Shown: positions 57,588 through 64,000 of the stretch, one piece after another | Layout of the letters: each line of letters begins with the position of its first letter | Position numbering within the stretch: the first letter of the stretch is position 1 | DNA from: Candidatus Krumholzibacteriia bacterium | Lineage (GTDB): Bacteria > Krumholzibacteriota > Krumholzibacteriia > JAJRXK01 | NCBI GenBank assembly: GCA_041484665.1 | Contig: JBGPIA010000002.1 | Span: 400,511-464,510, forward strand | Length of the DNA: 64,000 bases | Direction: 5' to 3' | Notes under the pieces: generated by a model | The model's input: the letters and a program-made list of their open reading frames with translations, nothing else | Database searches by the model: none | What the model was told of the DNA's origin: nothing | Translations under genes and position numbers: made by a program

Positions 57588-59882
57588 CTAACGGGGCGGT
57601 GCGAGCGTGAAGCGCAGCTCGGCCTGGCTCTGATTGCCCACGCGGTCGGTGGCAACCACGCGCGCGACGTGGGCGCCGCGGCCCGGATCGCGATAGAACT
57701 CGAAGTGCAAGCGCCTGCCCTCCGGGTCCCAGCGCGCGGGGAAGGGCTTGCCGTCCACGGTCGCCGCGATCCCAGCCGCAGCGAGCCCCGTTCCCTCGTC
57801 GGACAGTGGCAGCTCCAACGCCGGCCAGGGCGCAAGCGTCACTCCCTGGGGAGAGCGCGCCGTACGCGACGCGATCGCGGGTCCGCCGCTGTGCAGGGTC
57901 TTGCCGGCGAGCTGCCAACGCCCCAGCAGCGGCGGCTCATCGTCCAGCAGCGCGGCCACGATACCGGTGGCCTCCAGCGGGGCGCACAGGCGCGCCTCAC
58001 GCGCCGGCCCGGTCTTCCATGAGGCGCCCAGCCAGGTCCACTGTCCGTCGCTGCCGCGCAGCAGGAGGCCAGCGCGGGGATTGCGCGCGTCCACGGCGGG
58101 CACGCGCACGCTGACCTCCAGCGACCCGGCGAACATCGCGCCGGCGCCCACGATCTCCACGGCGGGGGCGATCCGCCGCGCGCCGGAGGGCAACAGCAGC
58201 CGCGCGGGTGCCGCCACGAGCTGCAGCCAGCCGCCTTCGTACAGCGCATGGCCCGTGGAGTCGCGCAACGCCCACCCGGCGACCGCGTCCGCCAGCGCGC
58301 CGAAGCGCTTGCCAGCCACGCCGAGCATGACGGTGGCGGCCACCAGGGGCTGGCCGCTGGCGCGATCCAGGAGCACCACGTGCGTTGGGCCGCTGCGCAG
58401 GCGGCGCCCCTCCACCGCAGCGACGAGTCCCACGCCGCCGCGCAACAGCGTCGCCGGCGGGCTGAACGCCTCGGCGCCCGCAGGCTCGATGCGCAGCTGC
58501 GCGCGGTCCGGGCCTGCCTCCCCGGCTGGCGTGGCGGTCGTGGGCGGCGTGCGCACCAAGGCCGCGTCCGCTGCCACAGCCTGCACCTCCAGCACGTCCT
58601 CCTGCGGGCTGATCAGCAGCGTCCACCCGCGGCGCCCCGCAACGTCCGCGGCGCCGACACCACGACCTGCGTGGTCGCCCGACTCGCCGGGGACGCCGCG
58701 CCGGCCGTCGGGCGCTGGCGCAGGCACAGGTGGACGGGCGAGGATCCGCACGCCGACGGAGTCGCGGTTGCCCGCGGCATCCCAGGCGACGACGCTCAAG
58801 CGGTGCGCTCGCCCGTCGGCGGGCAGCACGATCGATGCCCCCGCCACGGTCTCATGGCGGTACGGAAGCGTGTTGCCGTCGCGCTTGTACAAACGGAGCC
58901 ACTGGCGGCGGCGCCCGCCGGCGCTCTCGTCGAGCTCCGTGCGCAACTGGATCGACATGGCGAAGCTGCACGCGCGCTGCTGCAGCTCGTAGGCGAGCGC
59001 TCCGTCGAGGCACAGGCGGACGCCCAGCGGCATCACGAGTTGGCCGAAGGGTCCGGTTTGATCGCCCAGGTCGGCCTGCACGCCGAGCCGGCCCGCCGCC
59101 TCCACGGAGTCGCCGGGCGCCAGCTCGACCGCGCGTGCTGCGCCCTCGATGCGGGCGTCCTCGGCCAGGGCGACCAGCCGCAGGCGGCGCACCCGCGGCG
59201 ACGTACGGTCAGGCACCGGGAAGCCGTTGAGCAACGGGTTGAGGGCGACCTCCTGTGCATCGCGCACCTCGAAGTGCAGATGGGGAGCCCCGACTCCGGT
59301 GTCGCCGCTGAGGGCAATCCGCTCCCCGCGCTGCACGGGCAGCCGGCCGGAAGGAAACGAGAGGTCCTGTTCGTAGGCGCCGCTGCCCCATTGCGCGGCC
59401 GTCATCTCGCGCTGGAGCGCGTCGGCAAGCTCGCTGAGGTGGGCGAACACGTAGGTGCGCCCCCCGGCCGTCGTCAGGTAGATGGCCTTGCCGTAGCCCG
59501 TGGGCGAGGCCCGCAGGCGCGAGACCCAGCCTCTCTCGGGGGCGACCACCGGGATGCCGGTGCGTCCGCCAGTACGCAGATCGATTCCGGCGTGATAGCG
59601 TCCAGTCCGCGGCTCCATGAACGAGGCGCTCAGCGCCCGGATCGGGTAGTCCAGCGGCCACTGCAGCGGCGGCGAATCGGCGGCGCGCTCTGCCGAAGCT
59701 GCGGCCGCAGTCCCGGCCCGCGCGGCCGCCACGGCCGCGGTTTCGGCCCGGCCGGTCGTCGCCGGCCCGCACGCTGGCGCCGCAGGCAATGCGGCCGCCA
59801 CGGCCGCGGCCAGGGCAATCGGCAGGGCCGCCCTGGCCGCCCAGGGCCTCCGCGCGCCCAGCTTGCCAGCGCCGCGCAACAT
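57588..59882 (-). CDS. Secreted M23 (LytM-type) metallopeptidase with a large C-terminal beta-rich extension
   Basis: HAGIDL…, GYGKAIYL, GDTGVGAPHLHFEVR M23 motifs; signal peptide MLRGAGKLGARRPWAARAALPIALAAAVAAALPAAPA. Confidence 0.7.
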   Translation of the reverse strand: MLRGAGKLGARRPWAARAALPIALAAAVAAALPAAPACGPATTGRAETAAVAAARAGTAAAASAERAADSPPLQWPLDYPIRALSASFMEPRTGRYHAGIDLRTGGRTGIPVVAPERGWVSRLRASPTGYGKAIYLTTAGGRTYVFAHLSELADALQREMTAAQWGSGAYEQDLSFPSGRLPVQRGERIALSGDTGVGAPHLHFEVRDAQEVALNPLLNGFPVPDRTSPRVRRLRLVALAEDARIEGAARAVELAPGDSVEAAGRLGVQADLGDQTGPFGQLVMPLGVRLCLDGALAYELQQRACSFAMSIQLRTELDESAGGRRRQWLRLYKRDGNTLPYRHETVAGASIVLPADGRAHRLSVVAWDAAGNRDSVGVRILARPPVPAPAPDGRRGVPGESGDHAGRGVGAADVAGRRGWTLLISPQEDVLEVQAVAADAALVRTPPTTATPAGEAGPDRAQLRIEPAGAEAFSPPATLLRGGVGLVAAVEGRRLRSGPTHVVLLDRASGQPLVAATVMLGVAGKRFGALADAVAGWALRDSTGHALYEGGWLQLVAAPARLLLPSGARRIAPAVEIVGAGAMFAGSLEVSVRVPAVDARNPRAGLLLRGSDGQWTWLGASWKTGPAREARLCAPLEATGIVAALLDDEPPLLGRWQLAGKTLHSGGPAIASRTARSPQGVTLAPWPALELPLSDEGTGLAAAGIAATVDGKPFPARWDPEGRRLHFEFYRDPGRGAHVARVVATDRVGNQSQAELRFTLAPPR

Positions 59883-59967
59883 CCGTAGAGTAGTTGGTCC
59901 TGCCGATAGCAGGTCCGTCGCGGCCGTCGCCGGTCGGTCGCAGTCGCAAGCCGCGGGAGAGTGGTCG

Positions 59968-61803
59968 GTCATGATGCAGCTGCTGCGCAACAGGGTGAAG
60001 CTGGTCTACTGGGTCGTGATCACGGCCTTCATAGCCTTCGCCTTCCTGGTCTGGGGCGTCGGCTTCGAGAAGGGGCGCGGCCAGAAGGAGCACACTACGG
60101 TTGCGTCGATCGACGGCGTCGACGTCGCGATGGATACGTGGCGCGAGCGGGTCCGGGTGCTCACCGAGCAGATGCAGCAGCAACGCGGCGAGCAGCAGGA
60201 GCCCCTCTCCGACAACCAGCTCATCCACGTGCGGCAGCAGGCGTTCGACGACCTGGTCACCGAGACGCTGCTCGACCAGCAGGTCAAGAAGATGAAGATC
60301 ACGGTGACCGACGCCGAGATCGCCGACGTTCTGCGCAATGACCCTCCCCCCTACCTGCTGGCCCTCTACCGCGACGACAAGGGCAACATCGACTACGACG
60401 CCTACAACCGCGACCTGCAGGAATCTTCGCCCCGCTGGCGCCAGGCGCTGGAGTACCTGCGCCAGACCCTGCCGCTGCAGAAGCTGGAGCAGCACATCAC
60501 CGACCAGGCCGTGGTCGGCGAGGCGGAGCTGCGCGAGGCCTTCGCCGAGCAGAGCGTGAAGGCCGTCGCCGAGTACGTGACGAAGCCCTACGCGGACGTG
60601 CCGGTGCCCGACGGCCAGATCCAGGACGACCAGATCTCCGCCTACTATAACCAGCACAAGGAAGAGTACAACCAGCCTGCGCGCGCCGCGGTGAAACTGG
60701 TGACGCTCCCGGCGCAACCGAGCGCCGAGGACGACGCCGACGTACTGTCGGTCATCTCGGACATCCGCAAGGAGCTGGTCGAGAAACGCACGACCTTCGC
60801 CGATGCCGCCACGACCTACAGCGAGGATCCCAGCGCCAAGAGCGGAGGCGATCTGGGCTTCTTCGACCGCGAGAAGATGGTGGCGCCGTTCACCGATGCG
60901 GCCTTCAAGCTTCCGGTCGGCCAGATCTCCGAGCCGGTGCGCACCCAGTTCGGATACCACCTGATCCTGGTGACCGACGAGAAGCTCGACACCGCCAAGA
61001 CTGTCAAGAAAGGCGCCGCAGCCGAGCGCAGCGAGGTGCGGGCCAGCCACATCTTGCTGAAGGTGCGCCCCAGCCAGACGACCTTGGTCAGCCTGCGCGA
61101 GAAGGCCGACGCCTGCCTCACCGACGCCGCGACCATGGGGCTGGACGAGGCAGCCAAGAAGCTAGGGCTGACCGTGACTGTCACCCCACCCTTCCAGGAC
61201 TCGTTCAATATCCCCGGTGTGCCCAACTCGCTGCCCGGGACGCGCTTCGCGTTCTCCAACCCGGTGGGGACGATGTCGCCGGTCTACCAGAACGACGACA
61301 TGGTCTACTTCTTCCAGGTGGGCGAGCGGCTGCCGGCTGGCGTGCGCTCGCTGGAAGAGGTCAAACCCATGATCACCGCCGAGATCCAGCGCGACCAGCG
61401 CGCCGAGCAGGCCGCCGCCGCGCTGAACGCAACTTGGGCCAAGCTGAAGGAGGGCAGGACGCTGGAGCTGGTTGCCAAGGAGACGGGCCTGACCTACGGC
61501 AGGACCGACACGTTCACCTATCGCCAGCAGATCAAGGACATCGGCTTCGCCAGCCCGTTCGCCAAGGCCGCCCTCAGCCTGGAGCCGGGCCAGACCATCA
61601 GCGACGTTCGCACGCCGCGCGGCACCTACATCGTGAAGCTCCTGTGGAAGAGCGCCTTCGACGAGGAGGCCTTCAAGAAGAAGCGTTCCGAGCTGTCGCA
61701 ATCGCTGTTGTTCAGCCGCCAGCGGCAGATGCTGGACCAGTGGCTCAAGCAGCTCAAAGAAAGCGCCAAGATCGTCGACAACCGGACGCCCGATCTGCTG
61801 TAG
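59968..61803 (+). CDS. ppiD: PpiD/SurA-like periplasmic chaperone with a parvulin PPIase domain
   Basis: N-terminal membrane anchor MMQLLRNRVKLVYWVVITAFIAFAFLVWGV, SurA-like N-terminal domain, parvulin block GGDLGFF…FGYHLILV. Confidence 0.7.
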   Translation, partial: VMMQLLRNRVKLVYWVVITAFIAFAFLVWGVGFEKGRGQKEHTTVASIDGVDVAMDTWRERVRVLTEQMQQQRGEQQEPLSDNQLIHVRQQAFDDLVTETLLDQQVKKMKITVTDAEIADVLRNDPPPYLLALYRDDKGNIDYDAYNRDLQESSPRWRQALEYLRQTLPLQKLEQHITDQAVVGEAELREAFAEQSVKAVAEYVTKPYADVPVPDGQIQDDQISAYYNQHKEEYNQPARAAVKLVTLPAQPSAEDDADVLSVISDIRKELVEKRTTFADAATTYSEDPSAKSGGDLGFFDREKMVAPFTDAAFKLPVGQISEPVRTQFGYHLILVTDEKLDTAKTVKKGAAAERSEVRASHILLKVRPSQTTLVSLREKADACLTDAATMGLDEAAKKLGLTVTVTPPFQDSFNIPGVPNSLPGTRFAFSNPVGTMSPVYQNDDMVYFFQVGERLPAGVRSLEEVKPMITAEIQRDQRAEQAAAALNATWAKLKEGRTLELVAKETGLTYGRTDTFTYRQQIKDIGFASPFAKAALSLEPGQTISDVRTPRGTYIVKLLWKSAFDEEAFKKKRSELSQSLLFSRQRQMLDQWLKQLKESAKIVDNRTPDLL

Positions 61804-61871
61804 GCGCGCGCTCGCCGCCGGCGTTGCAGCGCACGCAAGCGCTGCGCGGCGCGCAACGCGTCACACCGGGC

Positions 61872-62900
61872 TCAGCGCAGGGGCGCGGCTGCGTTGCGCT
61901 CCCTCACCGCCGCCCCCGGCGCCACGAGTAACGCCGCCGTCCAGGCCCGCTGCTCCACGAACGCCTCCTCGCGCACCGGGCAGGGGTGTACCGTGCACAG
62001 GTGGCAGCACTCCGGGGAGCAGGGGTCGATGTGCACCATCACCTCGCCATCGGCACCCAGCTCGCGCAGGATCACCGCTTCGACCTCCTTCTCGCAGGTG
62101 TGCGATTGCGAGATGGCGAAGTAGCGAGGCAGCGTGAGGTGGCAGTCCATGTGCAAGAAGCGCCCCGAGCGCCAGGCGCGCAGCTGATGGATGTCGATCC
62201 ACTCGGGCCGGCGCGAGCGCTGCAAACTGTCGGCGATGCGCGAGAGCAGGTGCTCGTCGGCCTCGTCCATGAGGCGCCCCACCGACTCGCGCACGAGCTT
62301 GCCACCTGAGGCCAGGATCTGCAGGGCCACCAGGCAGGCCACCAGCGGGTCGACCCAGTTCCAGTGGGTCAGCCAGACCAGCAGCAGCCCGGCCACCACC
62401 CCCCCGCTGGTGATCGTGTCGGTCAGCACATGGCGCCCATCGGCGGACAGCGCGCGGCTGCCCAGCTTGCGCCCGGCACGCACCAGAAAGAGCCCGAGGA
62501 CGCCGTTGACAGCGCCCGCACCGAACACGATTGCAAGTCCCACGTCCAGCTGCGCCAGCTCGGCGGGGTGCAGCAGGCGAGGGATGGACATCCGCAGGAT
62601 CGCCACCGCCGCGAGCACGATCAGCGCGCCCTCGACACCCGCCGAGAAATCCTCGGCCTTGCCGTGGCCGTAGGGGTGGTCCCGGTCGGCCGGCCGCGCG
62701 CTCACCGAGAGGCTGAACAAAAGCAGCGCCGCCGCGGCGATGTTGAGAATCGACTCCAGGGCATCCGACAGCACGGCGGCCGAGCCGGTGGCCACGTACG
62801 CCCAGAACTTCGCCCCGCATAGCACGATGCCGATGAGCAGCGATGCGATCGCCACGTTGCGCCGCGCGCGCGCGGCGGCGCGGGCTTGGGGCGTCTCCAC
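61872..62900 (-). CDS. Cation diffusion facilitator (CDF) family metal efflux transporter
   Basis: Six transmembrane segments with HPYGHGK / SDALES motifs; cytoplasmic C-terminal domain with a Cys-rich tail CSPECCHLCTVHPCP. Confidence 0.8.
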   Translation of the reverse strand: METPQARAAARARRNVAIASLLIGIVLCGAKFWAYVATGSAAVLSDALESILNIAAAALLLFSLSVSARPADRDHPYGHGKAEDFSAGVEGALIVLAAVAILRMSIPRLLHPAELAQLDVGLAIVFGAGAVNGVLGLFLVRAGRKLGSRALSADGRHVLTDTITSGGVVAGLLLVWLTHWNWVDPLVACLVALQILASGGKLVRESVGRLMDEADEHLLSRIADSLQRSRRPEWIDIHQLRAWRSGRFLHMDCHLTLPRYFAISQSHTCEKEVEAVILRELGADGEVMVHIDPCSPECCHLCTVHPCPVREEAFVEQRAWTAALLVAPGAAVRERNAAAPLR

Positions 62901-62936
62901 GGGCCTGGCCTCTTTTCCGCGCAGCCTGGCGCGCGC

Positions 62937-64000
62937 CTACTTACGTCCCGGTCGATCGCGCAGCAGGCGGCGCTCGATCCGCCCCAGCCGGTGCAGGAGC
63001 GGACTGGTCGCCTCGGGGTCGCCGCTCGCACGCAACTCGTGCACCGAGGCCAGCCGCAGCGCCTCCTGTACCACGGCGCGCGCGGCGGCGAAGTCGCGGC
63101 ACACGTGCTCCTGGATCTTCGCGATCTCCACCAGCGGCGCGGTCGACGACGGCGCCATCTGGCGCAGACGCGCGAGCGCCGCCAGCGCCGCGTCCACGTT
63201 TCCCAGCTTGCGATGGCAGCGCGCCAGGTGTGTCAGAGCGCGCTCCGCGAGCACGCAGTCGTCAGCGCCGGCTACCTCCCCCAGCAGGCGCGCCGCGTCC
63301 GTGAGCTCCCCGCGCGCAAGCAGCAGCCGGGCCACGGCCAGGTGCGCCTGCGGCGGCAGCGCCCGCGTGTGGGGCGCTCCAAGGTAGGCGGCGGCCACCA
63401 CGCCGGAAAGGGCGAGCAGGCTCTCGACGTCGCGGCGGTTGTGGTCGGCGATGGGACCCAGCCCCCGGTCGGTGCCATCGGCCAGATAGGCCTGATAGAT
63501 CAGCGGCGCCTCGCGACCAGGGATGTCGTCGGCATCGCGCGGGCTCCCCAGGAACTCGCGCTCCACGGTGGGCAGCCGCGCGTCGGGCATCCAGCCGACG
63601 CCCAGCCGGCGCACCGGGTGCAGCAGATCCAGATGCGGCAGCGCGAGCCAGTCCTCATCGAGGCGATGGATGCGCATGCGCGCGCGCAGCCGCGGCAGGT
63701 CGAAGGAGCGCCCGTTGTAGGTGACCAGCGCGCGCGCCGATTGCAGGTCCTCGCCCAGTGCCGCCAGCATCGCGCGCTCGCCCGCGGGCTCGGGAAGGAA
63801 GTACTGGATGCGCCGTGCGCCGGCCTCGTCCCACAGGATCACCGCCGCGAGGAAAACGATCGTCCCCACACCACCGGAGAGCCCCGTGGTCTCGGTGTCG
63901 AGTACCGCCCAGGGACCGGCGTCGTGCGCCGGGCAGGCCTGGCCGCTGGCCAGGGCGAAGGCGCGGGTGGGGACGACGATCGACGGCGGGCCCGGCCACA
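62937..64000 (-). CDS. YprB-like RNase-H-fold (3'-5' exonuclease-like) protein with C-terminal TPR repeats; 5' end beyond the window
   Basis: In-frame upstream of the track's GTG start: …AVLDTETTGLSGGVGTIVFLAAV…VTYNGRSFDLPRL (DxE exonuclease I motif and YprB pattern); C-terminal TPR-like helices; reading frame stays open to position 64000. Confidence 0.5.
   Translation of the reverse strand, partial: WPGPPSIVVPTRAFALASGQACPAHDAGPWAVLDTETTGLSGGVGTIVFLAAVILWDEAGARRIQYFLPEPAGERAMLAALGEDLQSARALVTYNGRSFDLPRLRARMRIHRLDEDWLALPHLDLLHPVRRLGVGWMPDARLPTVEREFLGSPRDADDIPGREAPLIYQAYLADGTDRGLGPIADHNRRDVESLLALSGVVAAAYLGAPHTRALPPQAHLAVARLLLARGELTDAARLLGEVAGADDCVLAERALTHLARCHRKLGNVDAALAALARLRQMAPSSTAPLVEIAKIQEHVCRDFAAARAVVQEALRLASVHELRASGDPEATSPLLHRLGRIERRLLRDRPGRK

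Noticed and set aside
57397-57591. 64-aa plus-strand ORF encoding …NTADTADTVGTTVTTDTAH…
   Set aside because: It is created by the 9-bp tandem repeat and overlaps the 3' end of the M23 peptidase gene. It has no Shine-Dalgarno motif or start context, so it is treated as a non-coding repeat.

Overview
This 64 kb window is about 70% GC and about 40 of its 42 supportable genes lie on the minus strand. Almost every long plus-strand ORF in the track is an antisense artefact of the GC content. The track also shows GTG and TTG starts as 'M', so many ORFs are over-extended at the N-terminus. I re-placed starts using Shine-Dalgarno motifs, signal peptides and the stops of neighbouring genes, and checked the reading frames by arithmetic. 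Coordinates of short motifs that I read by eye may be off by 1-2 nt.

Main content:
- Positions 1-15,000 hold a complete type IVa pilus super-cluster in the gene order known from Myxococcus: pilB, pilT, pilC, pilS, pilR, pilA, an embedded and translationally coupled ABC transporter (ATPase, permease, periplasmic protein, resembling PilGHI), pilD, pilM, pilN, pilO and a PilP-like gene. There are sigma-54-type -24/-12 promoter candidates in front of pilA and pilM.
- Directly upstream of pilB sit a ComEA-like helix-hairpin-helix DNA receptor, a divergent TonB-dependent-receptor-like outer-membrane barrel and a cytoplasmic TPR protein. This reads as a candidate DNA-uptake module.
- Positions 20,000-34,000 hold housekeeping genes: hutU-hutI, a sulfatase-like enzyme fused to TPR repeats, ligA translationally coupled to a DinG-family iron-sulfur helicase, an orphan gcvP, and a Hanks-type Ser/Thr kinase.
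- Positions 34,000-52,000 hold an outer-membrane island: an Omp85-family transporter, a 1,198-aa beta-rich protein ending in a beta-signal (TamB/AsmA-like?), an NHL-repeat lipoprotein, two tandem paralogous secreted proteins, an M6 (InhA-like) metalloprotease with a type-IX-secretion C-terminal domain, a PorV-like barrel, and a PorU-like C25 peptidase that also carries a type-IX C-terminal domain.
- The last part holds a Trm112-like gene, accA, dnaE (with an array of degenerate 9-bp tandem repeats in its leader), an M23 peptidase, a PpiD-like chaperone, a CDF transporter, and a YprB-like RNase-H-fold protein that runs off the window edge.

A Myxococcus-type pilus cluster together with type-IX-secretion markers at this GC content points to a high-GC member of the FCB group, for example a Gemmatimonadota-like organism. 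That assignment is inference.
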